NCBI GenBank assembly: GCA_963718895.1
Contig: CAVRAG010000004.1
Location: 128,001 to 192,000, forward strand
Source of the DNA: an uncultured Nitrososphaerota archaeon
GTDB taxonomy: Archaea > Thermoproteota > Nitrososphaeria > Nitrososphaerales > Gagatemarchaeaceae
DNA length: 64,000 nucleotides
Direction: 5' to 3'
Of the stretch, positions 10,808 through 21,308 are shown piece by piece. The translations under genes and the position numbers were made by a program. The notes under the pieces are model-generated. The model was not told where the DNA came from, did not search any database, and saw only the letters and a program-made list of their open reading frames with translations. Each line of letters starts with the position of its first letter. Positions within the stretch are counted from its first letter, which is position 1.

Positions 10808-11806
10808 CTACCTCGCTCTCTCCATCATGAAGTTCTGGGTCACCGAGTCGCTCTCCGACGCGTCCTCGTCGCGCATGGACTTACCAGTGACTTCGAGGAA
10901 GACCTGGTCCAGGGTGGGCTTGGTGAAGGAGATCTCCTTGATTTGCATGTTCTTCTTAATCACCCCCTCCACGATGACGGGGAGTGCCTCCTCGGTTCTG
11001 GGGAGCTTCATCCGGTATATCTGGCCCGTCTTGGTGACCTCCGAGACGTCAGGTATGCCCTTGAAGAAGTCCGTCAGGTCGATGGGGCTCTCGGCGAGAT
11101 CCAGGGTCAGAATGTCGCCTCCGAGCCTTTGCTTCAGCTCTGAGGGAGAGCCGGAGACCTTGATGACCCCCTTGTCGACTATCGCTATCCGCTTGCAGAG
11201 CGAGTCAGCCTCTTCGAGATAGTGGGTGGTCATGAACACGGTGAGACCGCGCTCCCGGTTGAGTTGGGCGATGTAATCCCACATCTTCTTCCTCGTCTGG
11301 ATGTCGAGACCCAGAGTCGGTTCGTCGAGGAAGAGCACCTTCGGCATGTGGACGAGGCCCATGGCGAGCTGCAGACGTCTCCTCATTCCGCCCGAGTACG
11401 TCTTGACCTTACGATCCGCCGCGCCTTCAAGGTCCACGAGCCTGAGAAGCTCTTGCGACCTCTTGCGGGCTTCGCCCCCCTTTACGTGGTGAAGGTTTGC
11501 TGCCAGCATGATGTTCTCGACCCCTTTGAGCTCATCATCGGCGGTGAGCTCCTGCGGAACCACCCCGATGCTGTCTCGCACCGCGCCGGGCTCCTTCTGC
11601 ACGTCGTGGCCGTCCACGAAGGCCCGGCCCTCCGTGATGGTGGCCAAAGTATTGAGCATTTTGATGGTAGTCGTCTTCCCTGCTCCGTTAGGGCCGAGGA
11701 ACCCGAAGATCTCTCCCTCTTCGACATAGAACGAGATATGGTCGACCGCCTTCACCTTCCCCTTGTAGACCTTTGTCAGGTTCTCTGCCTCGATTATCTT
11801 GGTCAT
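10808..11806 (-). CDS. ABC transporter ATP-binding protein (DrrA-like)
   Basis: GPNGAGKTT, YSGGMRRR, FLDEPT, TTHYLEEA, C-terminal PTLDQVFL. Confidence 0.93.
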   Translation of the reverse strand: MTKIIEAENLTKVYKGKVKAVDHISFYVEEGEIFGFLGPNGAGKTTTIKMLNTLATITEGRAFVDGHDVQKEPGAVRDSIGVVPQELTADDELKGVENIMLAANLHHVKGGEARKRSQELLRLVDLEGAADRKVKTYSGGMRRRLQLAMGLVHMPKVLFLDEPTLGLDIQTRKKMWDYIAQLNRERGLTVFMTTHYLEEADSLCKRIAIVDKGVIKVSGSPSELKQRLGGDILTLDLAESPIDLTDFFKGIPDVSEVTKTGQIYRMKLPRTEEALPVIVEGVIKKNMQIKEISFTKPTLDQVFLEVTGKSMRDEDASESDSVTQNFMMERAR

Positions 11807-11931
11807 GCTGAATGGTAGGGCAGAGTGGGCTGCGCATAAAAAGACGGCTCACCACGAGTAATCACCTGACGTAAGCTACAGCGGTGCGCTGGGAGTTCGG
11901 TTATTAGGCCGCAGATGGCGCGGTCTCAGGG

Positions 11932-12972
11932 TTGAAAACCTCTCACAGCGTCATCTACGGAGACGCCAAGAGCGTGCTCGCCGGGATGCCCTCTTCAACC
12001 GTCGACCTCGTGGTCACATCGCCCCCCTATCCGATGATCGAGATGTGGGACGAGACGTTCTCGGGGCAGAGCCCGCCCATCGGCGAGCGCTTGATTGGGC
12101 GCGACGGTGACGGCGCGTTCGAGCTGATGCACCAGGAGCTGGACCCGGTCTGGGTAGAGGTCTTCCGACTCCTCCGCCCCGGAGGAATCGCGTGCATCAA
12201 CGTCGGCGATGCGACGAGGAAGATGGATGACTCGTTCAGGGTCTTTCCTAATCACGCGAGGGTCCTGATGTCGTGTCTGGGGCTCGGGCTCGAAGCGCTG
12301 CCAGAGATACTCTGGCGGAAGGAGTCGAACAAGCCTACGAAGTTCATGGGTTCTGGTATGCTCCCGGGAGCCGCGTACGTGACTCAGGAGCACGAATACA
12401 TCCTCGTGCTGCGAAAGCGAGGCGAACGGCCCTCAAGTACCCCGCGTCGACGACTGGCGCGACAAAGGAGCGCGTTCTTCTGGGAGGAGCGCAACGTGTG
12501 GTTCCGCGACATCTGGGAGAACCTTCAGGGGGACCGACAGCGCCTCGATGTCAAGGGCGCGCGGAATCGGAGCGCCTCCTTTCCCTTCGAGCTTCCGTAC
12601 AGGCTGATCTCGATGTTCTCAGTGCAGAACGACCTCGTCCTTGACCCCTTCGTGGGGACTGGAACCACGATGGTTGCTGCGATGGCCGCCGGGAGGAACA
12701 GCGTCGGGATAGAGCTGGATTCGCGTCTCAAAGGCCTCCTGGAGGAGAAGGTGACGGGGAGCATTGCCGCTTCAAACTCGTTCAACGAACGGAGGGTCTC
12801 GGATCACAGGGCGTTCGTCGAGAGGATGAGGAAGGCGGGTCGGGAGCTCAAGCACGCGAACCAGTTCTACGGGTTCCCCGTGATGACCAGCCAGGAGACG
12901 CAGGTGCGCATTCCTCTTCTGAGGGACGTGGAACGAAAGGACGACGGCGTCTTCGTGGCCACCTACCGATGA
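11932..12972 (+). CDS. Orphan beta-class amino-DNA methyltransferase (N4-cytosine, MthZI/Zim-like)
   Basis: Catalytic TSPPY (VVTSPPYPMIEMWD) precedes SAM motif VLDPFVGTGTT; KFMGSGMLP..AYVT.EHEYIL. Confidence 0.88.
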   Translation: MKTSHSVIYGDAKSVLAGMPSSTVDLVVTSPPYPMIEMWDETFSGQSPPIGERLIGRDGDGAFELMHQELDPVWVEVFRLLRPGGIACINVGDATRKMDDSFRVFPNHARVLMSCLGLGLEALPEILWRKESNKPTKFMGSGMLPGAAYVTQEHEYILVLRKRGERPSSTPRRRLARQRSAFFWEERNVWFRDIWENLQGDRQRLDVKGARNRSASFPFELPYRLISMFSVQNDLVLDPFVGTGTTMVAAMAAGRNSVGIELDSRLKGLLEEKVTGSIAASNSFNERRVSDHRAFVERMRKAGRELKHANQFYGFPVMTSQETQVRIPLLRDVERKDDGVFVATYR

Positions 12973-13003
12973 GGGACGACGGAACGGACAGCTCGGACAG
13001 GAG

Positions 13004-14608
13004 TTACAGGTCCTCTCTCTTTCTGATGGAATCGCCGGCCGCGTTAAGAAGCCTGACCAGGACCGCGTAGGTGTAGGCCATCGAGACAGCGACCAGGACG
13101 ATCGCGACCGGAGCCAGGGACCCGCCGAACGGGCCGAGCCAGAGCCCCGCGCTGACGACCAGGCCCATGAGCGGCGCGACCAGGCCGAGGTTGATCGCCG
13201 TCTGGTAGATGAAACGTCTGATGTCGGTCAGGTCCTGCGCCTGGGACGACAGTATGTCGTCGGTTGTGCTCTGTCCGTACCTCGATGCGAAGTACATTCC
13301 TCCGCCCATCGTTATCGCTGCCACCTCCAGCGCGCCAGGGAGAGCAAGGATGATGCTGAGGAGCGAGCCTGCCCTCCCAATCTCGCTTACTATGAGCGGA
13401 ACGCCGACGGCCACCGTGACGGGGGTCAGGACGAGAAGGAGCGGGGTGACCCTGGCGCGATAGACCTGCTTGACGTACAGTCGCAGGTCCAGGTCAGAGG
13501 TCTTTATGATCCAGAGCCTCTCCTTCTCCAGCCACCTTGTCGCCGTACCGGCACCGAACGAGCCTAGGATGAATAGGATGAAGAGGAAGGACGTCGGCGA
13601 GGACTGGAAGACCCCCGACAGGGAGTAGATGACCATGAAGCCGGACAGGAAGAGCGCGTTGAGCAGGAGCGCCCTCCTCTCCTTCGTCCGTTCCATCACC
13701 AGCCTCTCCTTCTGCCTGACGACCGACCAGACCGACCTCCCGGTCGTGTCCAGCCGGGCGGTCACCCTGCCCAGCTCGTCCCTGGGTCCGCCCGAATCCA
13801 TCACCTGCAAGACTTCGTAGAAGTGGTTCCTGGACATTCGAAATCCGAGGACGAGGAATGCGGAGAACCATGCGAGGAGGATCAGCAGGTCGAGAGCCTG
13901 GACGGCGCCGAACGTCGTACCGTTCACGAACCCCACGCTTAGCCCGGCCGCGAGCCCGCTCGGGAGGACCTGGGTGAGGGACCCGACGATGGGCGGGGCC
14001 CCAGGGATCAGGAGAGCTATCGGGACCAGGCTTAGCCCCACTATGAGGATTACCAAGGCGTTCCTGAGGAGCGCTATTCTCGGCGCTATGCTGGTCCCCA
14101 GCGAGAGCGTGATGTCGGCGCTCAGGAGAAGCCCCATGACGAGGAAGACGAGCGTCACCAGCCCCGCCGGGACGGCGTAGAGCAGCGGGGTCCCGTAGGA
14201 GATCGAGAACCTGAAGTAGAGAGCGAGTACCGGCGGAAACGATAGGAGGACCGTCGTGAACGAGTTCATCAAGACCTTGGCTGCGAAGACCTCGCGCGGC
14301 CTCACCGGAGACGTGAAGACGTAGTCCACGTCAGCCGACCTGACCGGCAGACCGCTCCCGTTGAACCCGCTCTGTATCAGGCCCACGAGGAAGAGCGCGA
14401 GCAACAGGCTCAGGCCCACGTCGGAGAGCCCGGTGCCCAGGCTGAACCGGTTCGAGAACGAGAGAAAGGTCGAGCCGACGAAGAGGACCGCGACTATGGA
14501 GAAACCCTCCCCGAGGAGGATGGCGAGCGCGGCCGCCCTGGTGAACCTGCCCTTGATCCAGTATCGGACCAGGAGCGCCACAATCCTCCAAGAGCCCAGG
14601 AACCTCAT
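13004..14608 (-). CDS. Putative ABC exporter permease
   Basis: More than 10 TM helices, ADVDYVFTSP motif; downstream of an ABC ATPase. Confidence 0.8.
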   Translation of the reverse strand: MRFLGSWRIVALLVRYWIKGRFTRAAALAILLGEGFSIVAVLFVGSTFLSFSNRFSLGTGLSDVGLSLLLALFLVGLIQSGFNGSGLPVRSADVDYVFTSPVRPREVFAAKVLMNSFTTVLLSFPPVLALYFRFSISYGTPLLYAVPAGLVTLVFLVMGLLLSADITLSLGTSIAPRIALLRNALVILIVGLSLVPIALLIPGAPPIVGSLTQVLPSGLAAGLSVGFVNGTTFGAVQALDLLILLAWFSAFLVLGFRMSRNHFYEVLQVMDSGGPRDELGRVTARLDTTGRSVWSVVRQKERLVMERTKERRALLLNALFLSGFMVIYSLSGVFQSSPTSFLFILFILGSFGAGTATRWLEKERLWIIKTSDLDLRLYVKQVYRARVTPLLLVLTPVTVAVGVPLIVSEIGRAGSLLSIILALPGALEVAAITMGGGMYFASRYGQSTTDDILSSQAQDLTDIRRFIYQTAINLGLVAPLMGLVVSAGLWLGPFGGSLAPVAIVLVAVSMAYTYAVLVRLLNAAGDSIRKREDL

Positions 14609-14622
14609 GCCGATGCCCTCGC

Positions 14623-15360
14623 TCAGCCGGACTCCTCGGTTAGCTTGAGGAAGACCTCGTCGAGCCTCGCGTCCTTGCCTGCGTCGGCCATCTTCCTGAG
14701 CGTCTGGAGGTCTCCGACCGCGATTATCGACCCCCTGTCGATTATGGCGATCTGCGTGGCGTAGTCCTGGACTATGTCGAGGTTGTGCGTCGAGAGGAGC
14801 ACAGTCTTGCCGCGCATCCCCTGTGAAAGGATCCAGCCGTTCACGAAGATCTGGGTCTTGGGGTCGAGCGCCGTGAGCGGCTCGTCCATGACCAGGACCT
14901 GGGGGTCGTGGATGCCCGCGGCTATCAGGGCGACCTTCTGCTTCATCCCCTTGGAGAGACTCCCGAGCAGCGCGTCGGCCTTCTCTTCCAGCGAGAAGGT
15001 CTTGAGCGACTCCGAGATCTTCTCCTCGAGCGGGGCGTCCTCGACCGCCCTGATCTTCCCGACGAACCTCAGGAACTCGCTGACCGTGAGGCCGGTGTAG
15101 AGGGAGGGGTTCTCGGGGAGGTAGCCCACGGCCTTCTTTGCGTTCTCCGGGTCCTTCACGATGTCGTAACCGCCCACGCTGACGGAACCGCTCGTGGGTC
15201 TGAGGATGCCCACCACTATCTTCATCAGGGTGCTCTTCCCCGCGCCGTTTGGTCCGAGCAGCCCGATGACCTCCCCGGAACGGACCCGGAGTGAGACGTC
15301 GTTCAGCGCGACGAGCTTGTCGTACGTCTTGGTGAGGTTCTCAATGACTATGCCGTCCAT
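14623..15360 (-). CDS. ABC transporter ATP-binding protein
   Basis: GPNGAGKST, LSKGMKQK, MDEP, STH. Confidence 0.92.
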   Translation of the reverse strand: MDGIVIENLTKTYDKLVALNDVSLRVRSGEVIGLLGPNGAGKSTLMKIVVGILRPTSGSVSVGGYDIVKDPENAKKAVGYLPENPSLYTGLTVSEFLRFVGKIRAVEDAPLEEKISESLKTFSLEEKADALLGSLSKGMKQKVALIAAGIHDPQVLVMDEPLTALDPKTQIFVNGWILSQGMRGKTVLLSTHNLDIVQDYATQIAIIDRGSIIAVGDLQTLRKMADAGKDARLDEVFLKLTEESG

Positions 15361-15420
15361 GATGACCGGGTGCCCCCTCGCCGCGACTATCCGCCCTATG
15401 AAGTTAGCACATGGGCCGGC

Positions 15421-16335
15421 CTAGGACTCGAAGACGATGGCGAGGTCGTCGGGGTCCCTGATGGTCAGGGTGCGGCCGGTCCGGCTGAACTCCGGGAATC
15501 TCTCCGAGACGGCTGCCAGGTCGTCGGCGCTCGGGAGCTTGATCCTGAACTCCTCCAGACCTGTCTCCCCCCGCCTGTGCGGCGCTCCTCCCTTGCTGTG
15601 CCATGTGTTCAGCCCGAGGTGATGGTGGTATCCGCCCACGGAGAGGAAGGCCGCCCCGATCTCCGGGAAGTACATCGTGATATCGAACCCCAGCCTCGAG
15701 TGATAGAACTCCACGGATTTCTGCAGATTCGTGACCCTTAGGTGCATGTGCCCTATCCCTGCCCCGTGTGGGAACGGGACGGGGTTGGTCCTCTCTCCTG
15801 CTGTGAGTTCCTTCAGCAAGGAATCCAGGTCGAGCGGGCCGTTCAGCGAAGCGAACCGCTGATACCCTCTCGCTCCGCCGGTCATACCGTCCCAGTGCGG
15901 CCACGAACTCCGGGGCCTGTCCGCGTAGAACTCTATCCCGTTGTGCTCTGCGTCATGAAGGTAGATGGCCTCGCTGAAGGTGTGGTCGGCGTATCCCTCG
16001 TAGGCCACGCCCGAGTTGCCGACGGCGAGGAACGTCGATGCTAGGTCCTTCCTCTCCGGAACCAGGACCGCATAGTGGTAGAGCCCCGCAGAGTCGTGGG
16101 GAGGCCTCGTCGCCCTCGGGTCGTTCTTGAGAACCAAGAGAGGCTCGGCCTTCTGCATGAAGCCCAGTCCGATGGCTTCGAGACCGTCGGGGCCCGTCCT
16201 CCTCTCCTTTACTTGGAGCCCGACGTCCTTCTCGTAGAAGCCGAGCATGCGGTCTAGTTCGCGGACCCTCAGAGTGGGCGGCCCGAGCTTCAGCGCGCTC
16301 GCCAGCTTGAGAGGCACGCCTCTCTGCGCGCTCAC
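15421..16335 (-). CDS. VOC family protein (CatE/catechol 2,3-dioxygenase-like)
   Basis: GLYHYAVLVP, DHTFSEAIY, IGHMHLRV, GGYHHHLGLNTW. Confidence 0.88.
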   Translation of the reverse strand: MSAQRGVPLKLASALKLGPPTLRVRELDRMLGFYEKDVGLQVKERRTGPDGLEAIGLGFMQKAEPLLVLKNDPRATRPPHDSAGLYHYAVLVPERKDLASTFLAVGNSGVAYEGYADHTFSEAIYLHDAEHNGIEFYADRPRSSWPHWDGMTGGARGYQRFASLNGPLDLDSLLKELTAGERTNPVPFPHGAGIGHMHLRVTNLQKSVEFYHSRLGFDITMYFPEIGAAFLSVGGYHHHLGLNTWHSKGGAPHRRGETGLEEFRIKLPSADDLAAVSERFPEFSRTGRTLTIRDPDDLAIVFES

Positions 16336-16498
16336 GGATTCCGTGATCTCATCCCCGACCCGCTGGATACCCGGCTCGACCCTGCGATGATGGTCATCTG
16401 TCTTCAGAATACGTCAGTATTGGGAGCCCAATATAAATATATCGCACGTCCAATATGTTTATATTTTGAGGCGCGATCTCATATCGCGGGGCTAGAGA

Positions 16499-16840
16499 GT
16501 GGAGAAGGAGGAGTGCGTAGACGCCGGTATGTGCGACATGAGGGGAATGCTTTCCTTCATGATACTCTGGATGCTCTCAAGCCGACCGATGAACGGGCAG
16601 ATGCTCGCCGGCGAAATCGGGAAGCGCAGGGGAGACAAGCCGAACCCCGGTACCATATACCCTGCCCTCAAGGAGCTCTCGAACCGCAATCTGATCAAGG
16701 GCCACGCTGAAGGGAGGACCATCGTCTACGTGCTCACGGAGACCGGCCGATTGCGCCTTGCGAGATCGCTGGAGTACTTCGAGAGGGTCTTCGGGGAGAT
16801 TCTCCAAGAGCAGAGCAGCAGCCGGGCCATCAAGGCCTAG
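16499..16840 (+). CDS. PadR-family transcriptional regulator
   Basis: MRGMLSFMILWML, PGTIYPALKEL, YVLTETG. Confidence 0.88.
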   Translation: MEKEECVDAGMCDMRGMLSFMILWMLSSRPMNGQMLAGEIGKRRGDKPNPGTIYPALKELSNRNLIKGHAEGRTIVYVLTETGRLRLARSLEYFERVFGEILQEQSSSRAIKA

Positions 16841-16898
16841 GGACTGTTTCCGTAGCGCCACGAAGCATTTTATACCGCGCGGACCCGATTTTCGCCCG

Positions 16899-17882
16899 TT
16901 GCCAAAGGTGGAAGTTCAGCTTGACATAGGAGAGAACCAGTACGAACCGATGAAGTTCGTCGAGACCGTGCGGTTCTGTGAGGATCAGGGATTCAAGACA
17001 GCCTGGCTCGGCGACCACTTCTTCCCGTGGTACCACTCGGCAGGCGGGTCGCCATTCGTCTGGAGCACCCTTGGAGTCGCCCTCGACCATACAAGCACGA
17101 TCAAGGTCGGTCCCCTCGTGACGGTGCCTATCGGGGCGCGCTACCATCCTGGGATAGTGGCTCAGGCGAGCGCGACGCTAGACAACATGTACCCCGGCAG
17201 GTTCTTGCTGGCCGTGGGGACCGGAGAGGCTCTCAACGAGAGACCGTTCTGGAACGGGAAGTGGCCCGAATGGGAGGAGAGGATGGAGCGGCTGGTAGAA
17301 GGGTTGGAGTTGATCCGTCGACTGTGGGAATCAAAGAAGCCGTTCAGCTTCAAGGGCAAGTACTATTCAGCCGACTTCTATTACGGGTACACAAAGCCGA
17401 AGACGCAGATACCGATCTACTTCTCCGCGATTGGGAAGAGGGCCGCGTACTACGCAGGGAGGTATGCCGACACCCTGGTCACGATCTCGCCCCGGAACGA
17501 CCTAGAGAGGCTGGAGAAGGTGATACTCCCGGCCTACCGGAAGGGCATCAAGGAAGCCGGGAAGAAGAAGGGAGGGCTGCAAGTCCACCTTTCGTTCACG
17601 TTCATGAGCCCAAGCGAGCTCAGAAAGAGAGCGTGGAGGTCTCTCGGCTGGCTGAGGAAGGACTCCTGGAGCATAAAGGATCCCGTGGCCGTCGAGAAGG
17701 CAGGCAAGAAGGTCACGGACGAGGAGCTGGAGACGGGCATGCACTTCTGCAAGGATTGGCCTGACCTCGTGAGGATAATGCAGTCCTATGCAGACGCAGG
17801 AGCCAACGAGATCTGCCTCTCCACCGGCGCCGAGAAAGACCTGATCAAGGAGGTCCGGGACAACGTGCTCTCGGTGTTCTGA
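16899..17882 (+). CDS. LLM-class oxidoreductase, F420-dependent G6PDH-like
   Basis: DHFFPW, RYHPGIVAQASATLD, GRFLLAVGTGEALNE; TTG start at 16899 after TTTATA. Confidence 0.87.
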   Translation: MPKVEVQLDIGENQYEPMKFVETVRFCEDQGFKTAWLGDHFFPWYHSAGGSPFVWSTLGVALDHTSTIKVGPLVTVPIGARYHPGIVAQASATLDNMYPGRFLLAVGTGEALNERPFWNGKWPEWEERMERLVEGLELIRRLWESKKPFSFKGKYYSADFYYGYTKPKTQIPIYFSAIGKRAAYYAGRYADTLVTISPRNDLERLEKVILPAYRKGIKEAGKKKGGLQVHLSFTFMSPSELRKRAWRSLGWLRKDSWSIKDPVAVEKAGKKVTDEELETGMHFCKDWPDLVRIMQSYADAGANEICLSTGAEKDLIKEVRDNVLSVF

Positions 17883-17896
17883 GGGGATGGTCTGGT

Positions 17897-18992
17897 TTGA
17901 GAGCTAGCGACTGCGACACCCCCGCCCTCCTACTCGACATGGACGCGGCAGAGCGCAACATCGAGAAGATGGCCACGTACTTCCGCGGGACCAGCGCGAG
18001 CCTCAGGCCTCATGTGAAGGTCCACAAGTCTCCCTGGCTCGCCCAAAAACAGATTGACGCGGGAGCGAAGGGGATCACCGTCGCAAAGGTGAGTGAGGCT
18101 GAGGTGATGGCGAGAGGCGGGATAGGTGACGTCCTGATAGCAAACGAGGTGGTCGGCGAGTTCAAGGTGAAGAGGCTCGCCAGAGTTGCGAAGCTGTGCA
18201 AGCTCGCCGTGACCGTCGACACTCTGCACAACGCGAGACAGAATCTCGGAGCTGGCCTCCCAGGAGGGCTCGCGAGTCCGTGTCCTGGTAGACGTAAACC
18301 TGAGCAGCGCTGGACAGGGAGTGCTCGACAGGACGGGGGTGGCGCCCGCCGACGCTGTTACCCTCGCACGCGAGGTCTCCAAGATGAGCAACCTGGAGTT
18401 CGGTGGACTGATGGGATATGAGGGCGCCCTCTACGGCTTCCCTGACGCTGCGGCAAAGACCGCAATGGGAAAGAAGGCACTCGGCCTCCTCGTCGGGACG
18501 GCTCAGACTATCAGGGACTCCGGGCTGAGCGTAGACACGGTTAGCTGCAGCGGCACCATGTCGTACAAGATCGCCGCCGAGTTCCCGGGCGTAACGGAGG
18601 TGCAGGCCGGGGGGTACGTGTTCATGGACCTCGGGTACCGCAAGGCTGGCGTGGATTTCGAGACCTCCCTAACACTGTTGACCACGGTCGTCAGCAAGCC
18701 GAGGCCGGAGAAGCTGATAATCGATGTGGGATACAAGGGGATAAGCGCGGAATCCGGACTGCCCAAGATCAAGGACAGGCCAGACCTCGAGGTCGTCTCC
18801 CTCAACGCCGAGCACGGCCATCTGGCGGTCAGGAAGGAGCCTGCCGGACCGGACACGATGGTCGAGGACAAGCTCGAGCTGCTTCCCTGGCACGTTGACA
18901 CGACGACGTGTCTCCATGACGAGTACGTCCTGCTGAGGGGAGGGGAGGTCGAGAGCAGGTTGCAGATAGCCGGCCGCGGGAAGTTACAGTGA
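17897..18992 (+). pseudogene. DSD1/D-threonine aldolase-family PLP enzyme with a +1 frameshift near 18242
   Basis: DTPALLLD, RPHVKVHK, then after the shift ISELASQEG...RTGV, GLMGYEG, EVQAGGYVFMD, AEHG. Confidence 0.82.
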
Positions 18993-18999
18993 CGGCGGG

Positions 19000-19884
19000 T
19001 CAGCCAGACCGCGACTTGATTTCGTCAAGTATCTGGAAGATCGAGGATATGTCGTAGTCGTCGCGCCCCATCTCACTGGCCTTCTCGATGTACCGGTATG
19101 CGACCTCGTCGAGGGACATCGAGACGCCCTTCTGTTCGGCGCTTGCGAGCACTATCGAGAGGTCCTTCTTGAGGTTCCTGACCAGGGCGCCCCCCTTGAA
19201 CTCCCCTGACCGGAGCACCGAGACGAAGTGACGGAAGGGAGGGGAATCCCCCCAGCTCGTCGATATCACTTCCCCTAGGTCCTCCAGCTTGACCCCGAGC
19301 TTCTCGGACCAGAGATAGGCCTCCGCCACGGCGACGAAGTACACGCCCACGAGGGCCTGGTTGAAGAGCTTCATCTTCAGCCCGGAGCCGGACTCGCCAA
19401 GGTAGAAGACTCGCTTACCAATCTTGCCGAGGACGCCCTCGCACTTCGCGAACGCTGAGCGGTCACCCCCCACCATTATGGAGAGAGTCCCGGCGTCCGC
19501 ACCTTCGGGCCCTCCGCTCACCGGGGCATCCAGGAAATGGAACCCACGCTCCTTCAAGGCCGACGCGACCCTCATCGTGACTGCGAGGTCTATCGTGCTG
19601 GTATCGATTACGACGCTCCCTGGGGCAAACCCGTGCACAAGCCCCTTCTCTCCCAGAACCGTCTCTTCAACGCCCTTCGAGTCCGAGAGTGACAGGACCA
19701 CGATCTCGCAGGTCTTGGCCATCTCCGCGGGGGACCCGGCTGCGACGGCCCCGTGCCTCAGCAGGTCCTCGATGGCAGGCCGGCTCCGGTTGTAGACGAC
19801 GACGTCGTATCCACCCCGTAGGAGGTTCTTCGACATCCTGCTGCCCATCACGCCCAGCCCGATGAAACCAATCCTGGAAGCCAA
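19000..19884 (-). CDS. 3-hydroxyisobutyrate/2-hydroxy-3-oxopropionate dehydrogenase family
   Basis: GFIGLGVMG, DAPVSGG, MVGG, KLFNQ, KDL. Confidence 0.92.
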   Translation of the reverse strand: MASRIGFIGLGVMGSRMSKNLLRGGYDVVVYNRSRPAIEDLLRHGAVAAGSPAEMAKTCEIVVLSLSDSKGVEETVLGEKGLVHGFAPGSVVIDTSTIDLAVTMRVASALKERGFHFLDAPVSGGPEGADAGTLSIMVGGDRSAFAKCEGVLGKIGKRVFYLGESGSGLKMKLFNQALVGVYFVAVAEAYLWSEKLGVKLEDLGEVISTSWGDSPPFRHFVSVLRSGEFKGGALVRNLKKDLSIVLASAEQKGVSMSLDEVAYRYIEKASEMGRDDYDISSIFQILDEIKSRSG

Positions 19885-19977
19885 TCGCTTGGTTGCGCTG
19901 CTCTGGCGGCCTAAAGCGTTTCGGCTTTGGCACGCCCCGGCGGCGAATTAATATCCGACCTCGTGTCGCATTGACCG

Positions 19978-20875
19978 TTGGTCAATTTCAGGCTGGCGAT
20001 CGAGACCACCCTCTTCGCCCAGATGCCCCTCCGCGAGGCACTGGAGAAGTCTTCGGGGTGTGGTTTCGGCATGGTCGAGATAGGCCTCTCGCACTTCGAC
20101 GCGTGCGCCGCGAGAACGGCCAGCGTTGAGACGTTGGACGAGCTACTTTCGCTCAACGGCCTCGGAATCGCGGCGCTCTTCGCCCTTCCGGGTTGGAACC
20201 CCCTCAAACGAACCAAGTCGAGCCCGGGAATCGCATCCCCCGGAGAGTCCCGGCGCGCGAGGAGCGGTCAGGGAGATGAGGCACGTGCTCGAGGTGGCAC
20301 GGAAGCTGGGATGCAAGTCCCTCGCTTCGGAGCTGTCGGGGGACATGGACAATCCGGGAGGGTCGCGGAGGTCATTCGTCAAGTCGATTGGCGAGCTTCT
20401 GCCGGAGCTGCATGACGAAGGCGTGACGATATTCTTCGAGGCGCATCCTGGAGACTTCATCGAGGACTCGTTCGCAGCGGTGAAACTGCTCGCCTCGTTC
20501 GAATCGCAGCACATCAGGTACAACTATTGCGTACCCCACACCTTCAGTCTGGGGCACGGGCCGAGGGAGATCATCCAGGACGCGAAGGGGCTGCTAGGGT
20601 ACGTGCACTTCGCCGATACCCTGATGCCGAGCCGGATATTCTTCTCACCGACTTATCAGCCGAAGGTGAAGCCTCACCTCCACATGATTCCGGGGGGAGG
20701 AGATGTCGACATGAAAGAGGTCCTTTCGAGTCTGGCCAAGGAGGGCTTCGAGGGTTACCTGGTCGCCCAGCCTTTCTCAAGCATGGACGAGCCGGTGAAG
20801 GCGGCCAGGAGGACCAAGGCAATCCTGATCCGCTTGCTGGCCGACCTCGGCCATGGGATAAGGGCCGATCATTGA
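19978..20875 (+). pseudogene. Sugar-phosphate isomerase/epimerase (IolH-like TIM barrel) with a +1 frameshift near 20262
   Basis: ORFs 19978..20415 and 20126..20875 join as IASPGESRRAR/AVREMRH; EAHPGDFIE, YCVPHTF, YVHFAD, HLHMIPG.GDVD. Confidence 0.78.
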
Positions 20876-21294
20876 AGATCAGGACCTTTGGCATCTCTGA
20901 CTACCCGGGTGTCGTCGAAGTCTGGTCAGAGTCAGGGCTTGAGTTCAGACCGGGGGACGAGATGGAGGGAATCAGGACCAAGATTCAGAGAGACCCCGAG
21001 CTCTTCCTGGTCGCCGAGGAGCGAGGGAAGATAGTTGGCAGCGTCATGGGCGCATGGGACGGAAGGCGGGGGTGGATCTACCACCTCGGAGTGCGCCCTC
21101 GATACCGGAGGAAGAAGGTCGCGACCCGGCTGGTAAGGGAGGTCGAGTCTCGGATGATGAAGAAGGGCGTTGTTAAGGTCAACGCCCTCATCTTCGGGTG
21201 GAATGAGGCCTCAATAGGGTTCTTCTCGAAGAGCGGCTATCTCGTCGCAGACATGAAAGAGGCGCAGAAATCTCTGAGCACCGGGAAGGGCTAG
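20872..21294 (+). CDS. GNAT acetyltransferase (YpeA-like)
   Basis: RDPELFLVA, GSVMGAWDGRRGWIYHLGV; TTG start overlaps the upstream stop. Confidence 0.87.
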   Translation: MKIRTFGISDYPGVVEVWSESGLEFRPGDEMEGIRTKIQRDPELFLVAEERGKIVGSVMGAWDGRRGWIYHLGVRPRYRRKKVATRLVREVESRMMKKGVVKVNALIFGWNEASIGFFSKSGYLVADMKEAQKSLSTGKG

Positions 21295-21308
21295 TCAGGT
21301 GGGTCGGC

